In this document: positions 53,004 through 64,000 of the stretch, in pieces
How the letters are laid out: every line of letters begins with the position of its first letter
How positions within the stretch are numbered: the stretch's first letter is position 1
Assembly: GCF_964355755.1 (NCBI RefSeq)
Contig: NC_092676.1
Span: forward strand, 25,872,871-25,936,870
Direction of reading: 5' to 3'
From: Antedon mediterranea
Taxonomy: Eukaryota; Animalia; Echinodermata
Length of the DNA stretch: 64,000 bases
Notes under the pieces: model-generated
The model's database searches: none
Told to the model about the DNA's origin: nothing
Seen by the model: the letters and a program-made list of their open reading frames with translations, nothing else
Program-made: the position numbers and the translations under genes

Positions 53004-56000
53004 TTATTTGTCTATTTCAAAGTATTCAAAATGCTTGTAATGGTCATCACGATTGATTTTACTTTTAGGAATCTCTCTCGCTGATTGGCTATTCAATGAA
53101 CACATCAAATCGTTGATACTTATTGATTGACACTCTTCAATCCACTGGCATAATCTAAGACACGTGAGTAAAGACTTAACTGGCAATATTCTTATCACAT
53201 ATTCAGACATGAACATTTTGTCGAAGAACTGCATTAATCCAATTATCTTCAGCCCTGAAAAAGAGAAACCAGTGGAAATAGTGTAAGTAGTTGACATACC
53301 GAAGTACAATTTAGGTTACGATATCCAATAAATGTTCATTAATCCTTTGGCCGTTACTGTAGATAAATGATAGAAATACCTGTACATTCTAGTGGTCCAA
53401 TTGTGCTAATACCATATTCCCAACTGTCGCCCGTGTCACCATGTCGTAACTCCGTCACTGGCAGGGTAGATATATCGTCAACATATCCATCATCGTATCT
53501 CATAATTCGATCATTTATGCTACATTCACAAGGTAAACTTGGATTGCTGCAGTCGCCTTAAATAATAATTCCGTGTAGCATAAATCAAATAAACTATTAT
53601 AATAGTGATGTGCAACATTAATTTACATACGCCTTCTTCACTAAACATACAGTGATGTAGGCTAATCTTTTAAGAACACAGTTTGTTTACAATTCTAATT
53701 AAGGAATTACGAATGGTTGTGTACCTTGTCCTCCGAAAATATGCTCGCCGCGCGCTATGTTATTTCTACTGGTTACGCATTGTTTGTCATCGATCGAAGA
53801 TGTCGCCTGTTACGCCTTTCTGCCTAATGTTCATTTGGGTTTGACCAAACTGCTTTTTTAATTGTGCATTATGAATGATTTATAGGGTTCTGCGGTGTGA
53901 CGTCACATCACAAAGATGGCGCTGCGTGGTTGCTTGCGCAACCAAAAATGCTTTCAACGCTATATGTTAATAACCACTATAGATTTGTGTTTCTATCAAA
54001 TTATGTATCTTAGCTTGATTTTGTTTAACTTAAACTGTAGTTCAAAAATAAATAGATTATTAAAAACAAAGTTTTAGCGATCTTTTAAAATTTTAGTTGG
54101 TTTTTCTTTAAAATTATTATGTTTTAAAATGACTACTTCAAAAGGCCTATTCCAAACCATTGGTGAACTAGGAGTCACTCAGGCAGGTTGAACGCATTTT
54201 TTGGTTCGCTAGCCAGAGCCATATATAGAGAGAGTTTCAACATTGCGTTCACAGATTTTAGAAAGTCACCCGGCCATCTTTGTGTCCAACTATGCTTATA
54301 TAGCGTATGGAGTCGAGTCATTTGCTTAAAAAATGTATAACATTCACAAGGCTTTAAATATCGAATTTAATATCAAAACAATAAATTTCTTTAAAGGTTT
54401 TTGTTAAGATAATAACGAAATCAAAGTTTACTGCGAACATGATTTTAGACAACAAAATGTAAAAACAATGCATAACTTAACGCGCACGCGTAGGCGCGTT
54501 CATGGAGCACACAACAGCCAGAGCCGTTCCGAAATTGCTATTTTTGTTGTTTAAAATCTTGTTCGGAGTATACTTTATAATTTTTTTTATTATTTTAACA
54601 AAAACCTTTAAACAAAATAATTGTTTTGATATTAAATTCGATAATTAAAGCCTTTTGAACGTTATACATTTTCAAAACAAAATACTCAACTCCATTGGAC
54701 ACAAACTTGGCTTCTAATCCATCAATGTCGAAACTCTCTATATATGTGGCCAAAGATTTTATAAATACCATTAAAAAAATTAATTACTAAAATAAAAACG
54801 GAATCTAAGCGTTATTTCATAGACAACAAAATCTAATAATAATAGCGTTTTCCTATAGTTCATGATTTTTAGATTTTGTTGTCTATGAAATAACGCTTAG
54901 ATTCCGTTTTTATTTTAGTAATTAATTTTATTAATGGTATTGATTTGTTAAAATATATATATATATATTTTTTATAATAACAAACAAATAAATGCTAGGG
55001 CCTACATGGAAGTTGGGATACATCAAAGAATGAACCAATACAAAAAACATACACATTCACCCCTCTTTTTATGCAGTATATGGCTTTCTGTGTGTGTTTT
55101 TACACAAACTGCGCCGCCAACGTTATTACCATTCAGAGACTCGTTCATCATTTCATTTGTAATAATTTGCCTTTATTATTTAAATATTGTTCATACCCTT
55201 TTCAGTATATTAACAAATATATCCACGACACTTTATTATTTTATTTAGTCATCAAAGCATGCATTATGAATTGAAAATATTACATAATTGTTATTAATAG
55301 GACGTAGTTATGGGGGATGTTTTGTTCCAAAATCAATCAATCGAACGTTATAATGTACTAGCGCACGCGCGCGCAATATTCTTTGGCACAAGTACTTCTG
55401 TACGCTGTGCACATCGATATTTCATCGTAAAATGTGCAATTACATTTGTTTAAATTATAAGAAAAAGTTGAGTATTTTGTTGCTCCTATACTTTACATGC
55501 ATTAATGCAGACAAGTTGGACACATTTTGATCTGCATATCACGTGACTAAAATCCAATGTCGTAACTCTTTATATATAATATGGCTCTGCTGCTAGCCAC
55601 CAGAGAGCCATAGAGAGAGTTACGGCATTGCGTTCACGGATTTTAGAAAGTCACGTGGTGTGCACGCCGGCCATGTTTGTGTCCAACTATGCCTATGTAG
55701 CGTATGGAGTCGAGTCATTTGCTTAAAAAATGTATAACATTCACAAGGCTTTAAATATCGAATTTAATATCAAAACAATCAATTTTTTTAAAGGTTTCTG
55801 TTAGAATAATAAAGAAGTTATAAAGTTACTGCGAACATGATTTTAAACAACAAAATATAAAAACAATGCATTACTATAGAGAATCGCTGTACAAACTGAA
55901 CGCGCATGCGTAGAGCGTGCATGGAGCGCACAAAGCCATTTATTGGAAAGAGTCGGAAATTGAATGGATTAAAGCTATTTTTGTTGTTTAAAACATGTTC

Positions 56001-57514
56001 GCAGTAACTTTATAACTTCGTTATTATTCTAACAAAAACCTTCAAACAAATTGATTGTTTGATATTAAATTCGATAGTTAAGGCCTTTTGATGTTATACA
56101 TTTTCAAAACAAAAGACTCAACTCCACATACTACATAGACATATTGGACACAAACATGGCTTCTAATCCATTCAATGTCGAAATTCTCTCTATATATGGC
56201 TCTGCTGCTAGCAATCATGCAGCGCCACCTACCGTCCACGCAGCGCCACCTACCGTCCACGCAGCGCCACCTACCGTCCACGCAGCGCCACCTACCGTCC
56301 ACGCAGCGCCACCTACCGTCGTGACGTCATCACCGCAGAACTCTCTCTATATATATATCTAATTTTCAAGAAAGCAAGGCCTGTTTGATAGCCTTGGTTA
56401 GTAGTCGCATCCTTTAAAGACTGGAAACAACTGTTTTCCATCCCCACCCACACCCCATCCCCACACGACACAAAAGTTAACAAAACAGGATACTAAGCTT
56501 ACCTCTATATGCGCATGCACAGCCATAGAAACCAGTTGGACTTGCCCAGTTGTACATAGCAGTACCGTTACGTGATACCCAATAGCCATACCGTAAATTG
56601 TGTGAATGATGGCAGTCATACTGTAGAAAAAAATGATTGGTTTACGAACACTGTATCGCAAGTTTAGGTGACTTCTAGTGTGTGTGTGCCTTAAAAAGCA
56701 TATCGTATACCTCCATGAGATCTAGATATATAATAAACAAACGTCGAAGATACCATAATAAAAAAAAATACAAAATCATCCTACTCTAATATACTGTCGA
56801 CTTGAGGTTGATGACTCCAATAACGCTACAATCTGCGTGATGGACATCTCGTACGTAATGTCGTGTATGAACGAACCTTTTTCTTCATACCCATTGACCT
56901 CCTCAACGAGATTACATGTCGGTGTTATAATAGTTCTACCTGTGAAAAGAAAAATAATGATAAATTTACTTTAGTAGTACTATCCGTATCAGTCATAAGT
57001 CACATAGTACACTTTGAATTTATTACAAATTATTTTTCAAAAAAGCTGCCGGAGTTTACACACACCACAAAACGCCGGAGTTTACACACACCACAAAACG
57101 CCGGAGTTTACACACACTATAAACCCCCGCAGTTTACACACACCACAAGACTCTGGAGTTTACACACGTCCCAAAACGACGGAGTTTACACACGCCACAA
57201 AACGCCGGAGTTTACACACGTCACACCACAAAACTCCGAAGTTTACACACACCACAAAACTCTGGAGTTTACACACACCACAAACCCCCGGAGTTAACAC
57301 CACAAGAAAAACCCGGTGTATGTAAAATGATTTAGCGATGTGTGAGAGTATGTTAAGATTACCTGTCAACTTTCCATCTATAACTTCGCATTCCACATAG
57401 AACGGTTCAACACCTTTGTTAAGTCCATCCGGATCAACAAGTAATGGATCGTTGTGACTTTTTTCATCGAAAATAAGATGTTGGCAATTTTGTGGAACAT
57501 ATGAGGTGTTTGCC
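53004..57514 (-). CDS. Copy B: paralog of copy A (fibrinogen-like + PAN)
   Basis: Exons 57514-57363, 56939-56785, 56620-56503, 53556-53380 and 53254-53004. Splice sites and frame are intact. There are in-frame 3-nt deletions relative to A in the first and last exons. Confidence 0.7.
53883..56349. mobile_element. Composite nested TIR elements with ATAG(A/G)G...CTCTAT ends in intron 3 of copy B
   Basis: The outer TIR is gttctgcggtg..tgacgtcac / gtgacgtcatcaccgcagaac. Internal fold-back units lie at 54225-54742 and 55608-56193. The site is empty in copy A (~42800). Superfamily not determined. Confidence 0.7.
56216..56320. repeat. 21-bp tandem repeat ca(c/t)gcagcgccacctaccgtc x5 (x2 in copy C)
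   Basis: Directly visible. The homologous position in C is 61724-61765. Confidence 0.85.
57049..57318. repeat. Intronic minisatellite, copy B
   Basis: ggagtttacacacaccacaaaacgcc units. Confidence 0.9.
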
Positions 57515-57865
57515 CTGAAAGCCAGATGAATGCATACCAACACTGTTCGAAAAAAAACCCTGTATTATATACGTCTTCTCCTTCTCTAGACTCCTGGTCT
57601 AGCGCATTTATTTGTACAGCAAATAGGCCAGCCGCCCGAAGTACATATATTATTTACACAAATTAAATACAGAAATATTTCTTTTTGTAAATGCACAAAA
57701 AAATTTATTTAGGCATATTTTCAATTAAAGTAATATTTCTTATCTTCAGAAGGAAAATTATAAAACGTAACTGGTAATTATTATTATTATTATAATAACT
57801 CTTGACGCAACTCATAATTTTGTTATATATATATATATTTTTTTTGCAGTGCATTTAAACATTTA

Positions 57866-58440
57866 TTTCTCATAATACAATAATACTTACATTAACAAAC
57901 ATAAACTTAAAAACCTCATACCATCTACCCCTTTCATGCTCGATATCAAGAATTCCTAGACTAAATTTAGTTAAAAATTGTCTATGTTTACAATTTTTGA
58001 TTTCAGACAAATAATTTTCTATATGAATTATTGTTTGTTTAAATTTTGTAAAATAACATAAACGCGAGTGTGTACTCAATAAATTGTTGTTGTTCAATAT
58101 CCTGTGAACGTAATTTAATTTAATTTATAATGTTGTTATCAATGTTTTGTTGCAACCAAACATAACCAAAACCAATTCCGGCTTTCTTAGTCGAAACAAA
58201 TAGCATTGATATGAACTTCTATTCCTGTCTAAGTTTAAAATTCAGTACCAGAATATGTTAACTAAAAATTTTAACGGAAATCTACCAAGTTCAACCTGTT
58301 ACAGTTGAGGCATGTTTTCCTTCTTCCAACAGATATCGACAAAACTTATTAATTACAGTGTCCAATATATAGATATTTTGAAAACCCCAGATTTCACAAC
58401 CAAATAAGGTGATAGGTAAAATGTTAGCTTAAAAAATAAC
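57866..58440 (-). mobile_element. Same LINE remnant in duplicate B
   Basis: ORF 57870-58097 is nearly identical to ORF 46234-46461. Confidence 0.6.
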
Positions 58441-59704
58441 ATTCCAGATATTTAATAGGAAGATTAGTAGCTTCAGAGCTTTGATAATCTGCGTTTGTTG
58501 TTCTCGTTTTAAATTATTTTAATAAGTTTAATTAACCGTTTGCATTGATTTCTGTTAGCAACGGTCAATGCTAATTTCTGTCGCATAGCTGTTTTTAGTT
58601 TTCTTTTAGTTTTTGCCAAAATGTTCTGGAATTGTTGGCATTAAGAGATTTGATAATCTGCGTTTGTTGTTCTCGTATAAAATTATTTTTCTTAAGTTTA
58701 ATTAACCGTGTGTATTGTTTTCTATTAAGTTTATATTTACTAAGTGTAATAGCGAAATGTATTTAAGCTTCTCATTCGTATATACATTTAGCTATGTGAG
58801 ACAGAGGAGTAAGAATGAGATACATTATTTTTCAACAAAAAGTAATTGGAACTTTTAACAATATGTTAATATTAAGCGCATAAGCGCACACAAGACAAAA
58901 AAAAAATATTAAGCGCTTTCGAGAGCAATACAACGCATTCAGTATTTTGGAAATGATACCGTACGGTAAGGTTAATAGATATAGTAGAAATAAAGAAATA
59001 ATCGGGAAAGTGGCAATACATTTCCATATTCACACCTCGGTTGGAAAAAGATATTTACAGAGAAAAATAAGAAGTAATAAGTCAAAAGAAACGAATTTAA
59101 ATATTATATGTACTTGGATTGTAGTCATAAAATGATATTAATAGTTTATGGTGCACAGTAGGCTATACTGAATTATAGGTGAACAAGAATGTATAGAAAA
59201 CTATTTTTTTAGAAAGGATTGCATAAAAACAGTTTTTTTACATCAGTAAAAGGTAATAAATTCAAGAATTGGTTAAAGAATAATTGTACTATCATTATTA
59301 TTATCATTTTAAAATGGTTTTTCGAAAAAAGAATACAAAAACATACATAAGAATGTTACTCAAAAGAAAGAATTTAAGTGATGGTATTAGATAATTCCAT
59401 CCATTTTCTGTTGAAATTATTATATAATTTTTTTTAAACTTACCCATGACGGCAACTTGATAATTGGACATTTTGCCAGACTAAAAAAATTACAGGTCTG
59501 GTATCTATGGTGAATCTTTGTATTCTGTTTATTTCTAATATTCCGGTACGCAATTATTGCTGTTCACCAGTACACTATTACAGTAAATTATAAAGTCATA
59601 AAATCATTACATTTTATTTAATCCATCAATCAATATTATTGTTAGCGTCTAGTAACAATCCAACAAATGTATATTAAATATCATTGTTCCATATAGATAT
59701 GTTT

Positions 59705-60183
59705 GTATAATTGCATTGGTATAAATAAACTTTAAAGAAAGCCAACATTTGTTATTATATAATTCTGCAATTTATATCAAATACCGTATAGATATAATTG
59801 CCTAAGTATATTTAAACTTTAAAGAAAACCTACATTTGTGATTATATAATTCTGCAATTTTTTTGAAATATAAATATAATTGCCTTGATATAATTAAACT
59901 TTAAAGAAAGCCAACATTTGTGATTATATAATTCTGCATTTCTTTTTAAAATATAAATATAATTGCCTTGATATAATTAAACTTTAAAGAAAGCCAACAT
60001 TTGTGATTATATAATTCTGCATTTCTTTTTAAAATATAAATATAATTGCCTTGATATAATTAAACTTTAAAGAAAGCCAACATTTGTGATTATATAATTC
60101 TGCATTTCTTTTTAAAATATAAATATAATTGCCTTGATATAATTAAACTTTAAAGAAAGCCAACATTTGTGATTATATAATGC
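59705..60183. repeat. ~80-bp AT-rich tandem repeat (about 6 units; about 4 units at 47970-48290)
   Basis: Unit tataattgccttgatataattaaactttaaagaaagccaacatttgtgattatataattctgcattt... Confidence 0.85.
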
Positions 60184-60289
60184 ATTAATGCAGACAAGTT
60201 TGACACATTTTGATCTGCATATCACGTGACTAAAATCCAATGTCGTAACTCTTTATATATATGACTCTGCTGCTAGCCAGAGAGCCATA

Positions 60290-61113
60290 GGGCCTGTTTC
60301 TGCTGCAACTGCTCAAAATACGGTATAGAAATACGGTATAAAATACGGTATTTTTTATACCGTATTTTTTACTACCCCGTTTCTGCTAACAATACTTCTT
60401 GGGTGGTCGTGTTAAATTTCATCTTTTTTACCCAAATTGCCATTCATTTATTTGGTCGATAATTAAAAGTCGCAATAAAGGAAGTTTTACGTCTCACTTT
60501 CAACAGCCTAGCCCTAGTGATAGAGATTTTGTGAGAGCACAGAAAACATCGTAATGGGGACAATTAATTTGTTCCCTCCCCGAGTTATTGTATTTTGCAA
60601 TGTTGTACTGCTTTCGCAGGCTCTTCAGCTTTGAGTTTACTTGCTTTGGAGACAAGTTTATTCCATACTCCTGCTTTATTTTTTTAGAAATGTCTTTATA
60701 AATGTGGTTGTCCCTTTTATTACCTTTTAGTTGGTCAGACATTTTAGCTTCCCCACACACATTTATTTAGTAAAACTGTGACGTATTCGCTCCACATTTT
60801 CGCCGAATATATCTATACATGTGTGTAAAGCAGCTAACAGCGACAGAAAATAAAAACACGAATGGTGACCTTTTGTCATGTAAAAAAAAAATACGGTATT
60901 TTTTATTGGCAGCAGAAACGGGTACAAAAAATACGGTATAAATTTGTAAATACCGTATTTTATCCACAAATTTTGTGGGGAAAATACGGTATACAAAATA
61001 CGGTATAGTTTTTATGAGCGCAGTTTCTGCTGCCAAAAATATACCGTATATATACGGTATTCAAAAAAATACCGTATGATATACGGTATTTAGTTGGCAG
61101 CAGAAACAGGGCC
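60290..61113 (-). mobile_element. PIF/Harbinger deletion derivative retaining a Myb/SANT-like ORF fragment
   Basis: TIR GGGCCTGTTTCTGCTGCAACT / AGTTGGCAGCAGAAACAGGGCC with a 3-bp TSD ATA and many subterminal atacggta repeats. ORF 60500-60760 (QLKGNKRDNHIYKDISKKIKQEYGINLSPKQVNSKLKSLRKQY...CPHYDVF) resembles the Myb/SANT partner protein of Harbinger. The site is empty in copy B (~55610). Confidence 0.8.
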
Positions 61114-61933
61114 ATAGAGAGAGTTACGGTATTGCGTTCACGGATTTTAGAAAGTCACGTGGTGTGCACGCCGGCCATGTTTGTGTCCAACTATGCCTAT
61201 GTAGCGTATGGAGTCGAGTCATTTGCTTAAAAAATGTATAACATTCACAAGGCTTTAAATATCGAATTTAATATCAAAACAATCAATTTTTTTAAAGGTT
61301 TCTGTTAGAATAATAACGAAGTTATAAAGTTACTGCGAACATGATTTTAAACAAAAAAATATAAAAACAATGCATTACTATAGAGAATCGCTGTACAAAC
61401 TAAACGCGCATGCGTAGAGCGTGCATGGAGCGCACAAAGCCATTTATTGGAAAGAGTCGGAAATTGAATGGATTATTAAAGCTATTTTTGTTGTTTAAAA
61501 TCATGTTCGCAGTAAATTTATAACTTCGTTATTATTCTAACAAAAACCTTCAAACAAATTGATTGTTTGATATTAAATTCGATAGTTAAGGCCTTTTGAT
61601 GTTATACATTTTCAAAACAAAAGACTCAACTCCACATACTACATAGACATATTGGACACAAACATGGCTTCTAATCCATTCAATGTCGAAATTCTCTCTA
61701 TATATGGCTCTGCTGCTATCAATCATGCAGCGCCACCTACCGTCCACGCAGCGCCACCTACCGTCGTGACGTCATCACCGCAGAACTCTCTCTATATATA
61801 TATCTAATTTTAAAGACAGCAAGGCCTGTTTGATAGCCTTGGTTAGTAGTCGCATCCTTTAAAGACTGGAAACAACTGTTTTCCATCCCCACCACACGAC
61901 ACAAAAGTTAATAAAACAGGATACTAAGCTTAC

Positions 61934-62996
61934 CTCTATATGCGCATGCACAGCCATAGAAACCAGTTGGACTTGCCCAGTTGTACATAGCGGTACCGTT
62001 ACGTGATACCCAATAGCCATACCGTAAATTGTGTGAATGATGGCAGTCATACTGTAGAAAAAAATGGTTGGTTTACGAACATTGTATCGCAAGTTTAGGT
62101 GACTTCTAGTATGTGTGTGCCTTAAAAAGCATATTGATACCTCCATGAGATCTAGATATATAATAAACAAACGTCGAAGATACCATAATAAAAAAAAATA
62201 CAAAATCATCCTACTCTAATATACTGTCGACTTGAGGTTGATGACTCCAATAACGCTACAATCTGCGTGATGGACATCTCGTACGTAATGTCGTGTACGA
62301 ACGAACCATTTTCTTCATACCCATTGACCTCCTCAACGAGATTACATGTCGGTGTTATAATAGTTCTACCTGTGAAAAGAAAAATAATGATAAATTTACT
62401 TTAGTAGTACTATTCGTATCAGTCATAAGTCACATAGTGCACTTTGAATTTATTACAAATTATTTTTCAAAAAAGCTGCCGGAGTTTACACACACCACAA
62501 AACGCCGGAGTTTACACACAACACAAAACGCCGGAGTTCACACACACCACAAAACGCCGGTGTTTACACACACTACAAACCCCCGCAGTTTACACACACC
62601 ACAAGACTCTGGAGTTTACACACGTCACAAAACGACGGAGTTTACACACACCACAAAACGCCGGAGTTTACACACGTCACACCACAAAACTCCGAAGTTT
62701 ACACACACCACAGAACTCTGGAGTTTACACACACCACAAACCCCCGGAGTTAACACCACAAGACTCCGGAGTTTACACACACCACAAAACCCCGGTGTAT
62801 GTAAACTGATTTAGCGATGTGTGAGAGTATGTTAAGATTACCTGTCAACTTTCCATCTATAACTTCGCATTCCACATAGAACGGTTCAACACCTTTCTTT
62901 AGTCCATCCGGATCAACAAGTAATGGATCGTTATAATTACCTCTTTCATCGAAAATAAGATGTTGGCAATTTTGTGGAACATATGAGGTGTTTGCC
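61934..62996 (-). CDS. Copy C: 5' three exons only (partial duplicate of copy B)
   Basis: Exons 62996-62842, 62369-62215 and 62051-61934 are intact. There is no copy of exons 4-5 between 57600 and 61900. The duplication junction is at ~60180. Confidence 0.6.
62479..62796. repeat. Intronic minisatellite, copy C
   Basis: ggagtttacacacaccacaaaacgcc units. Confidence 0.9.
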
Positions 62997-63344
62997 CTGA
63001 AAGCCAGATTAATGCATACCAACACTGTTCGAAAAAAACCCTGTATTATATACTTGTTCTCCTTCTCTAGACTCCTGGTCTAGCGCATTTATTTGTACAG
63101 CAAATAGGCCAGCCGCCCGAAGTACATATATATTATTTACACAAATTAAATACAGAAATATTTCTTTTTGTAAATGCACAAAAAAATTAATTTAGGCATA
63201 TTTTCAATTAAAGTAATATTTCTTATCTTCAGAAGGAAAATTATAAAACGTAACTGGTAATTATTATTATTATAATAACTCTTGACGTAACTCATAATTT
63301 TGTTATATATATATTTTATTTTTTGCAGTGCATTTAAACATTTA

Positions 63345-63915
63345 TTTCTCATAATACAATAATACTTACATTAACAAACATAAACTTAAATCCTCATACC
63401 ATCTACCCCTTTCATGCTCGATATCAAGAATTCCTAGACGAAATTTAGTTAAAAATTGTCTATGTTTACAATTTTTTATTTCAGACAAATAATTTTCTAT
63501 ATGAATTATTGTTTGTTTAAATTTAGTCAAATAACATAAACGCGAGTGTGTACTCAATAAATTGTTGTTGTTCAATATCCTGTGAACGTAATTTAATTTA
63601 ATTTATAATGTTGTTATCAATATTTTGTTGCAACCAAACATAACCAAAACCAATTCGGGCTTTCTTAGTTGAAACAAATAGCATTGATATGAACTTCTAT
63701 TCCTGTCTAAGTTTAAAATTCAGTACCAGAATATGTTAACTAAAATGTTAACGGAAATCTACCAAGTTCAACCTGTTACAGTTGAGGCATGTTTTCCTCC
63801 TTCCAACAGATATCGACAAACTTATTCATTACAGTGTCCAATATATAGATATTTTGAAAACCCCAGATTTCACAACCAAATAAGGTGATAGGTAAAATGT
63901 TAGCTTAAAAAATAA
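63345..63915 (-). mobile_element. Same LINE remnant in duplicate C
   Basis: ORF 63366-63575 is nearly identical to ORF 57870-58097. Confidence 0.6.
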
Positions 63916-64000
63916 CATTCCAGATATTTAATAGGAAGATTAGTAGCTTCAGAGCTTTGATAATCTGCGTTTGTTGTTCTCGTTTTAAATTATTTTAATA

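Noticed and set aside
56144-56362. AAPPTVH repeat ORF and its antisense DGRWRCV ORF
   Set aside because: A 21-bp repeat inside a transposon end. Copy number differs between duplicates (5 versus 2) and there is no gene context.
40344-62996. Calling these genes true CNTNAP2/neurexin IV orthologues
   Set aside because: Only the fibrinogen-like segment is shared. No LamG, EGF, transmembrane or cytoplasmic exons were seen, and the ORF ends after a PAN-like domain.

Overview
AT-rich, intron-rich metazoan DNA, probably a marine invertebrate (echinoderm-like is my inference). Bases 100-38319 (+) hold the 3' 42 exons of one very large secreted SCO-spondin-like gene. Its domain order is C8-TIL-VWC, 10 LDLa, FA58C, 11 TSP1 with interspersed TIL/VWC, and a C-terminal cystine knot. 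Four Thr-rich mucin-type tandem-repeat tracts are inserted into this scaffold, one of them in a single 13,764-bp exon. My hand-called GT-AG exons sum to 23,061 nt, or 7,686 aa plus stop, and the 5' part of the gene lies upstream of the window. Bases ~40300-64000 (-) hold a young tandem cluster of small genes with a Caspr/neurexin-IV-type fibrinogen-like domain plus a PAN/apple domain. Copies A and B have five identifiable exons each, copy C has only the 5' three exons, and there is one decayed remnant. The window contains many non-autonomous TIR elements, MITEs, a Helentron-like element, SINEs and LINE fragments. Several insertions are present in one duplicate and absent from the others.
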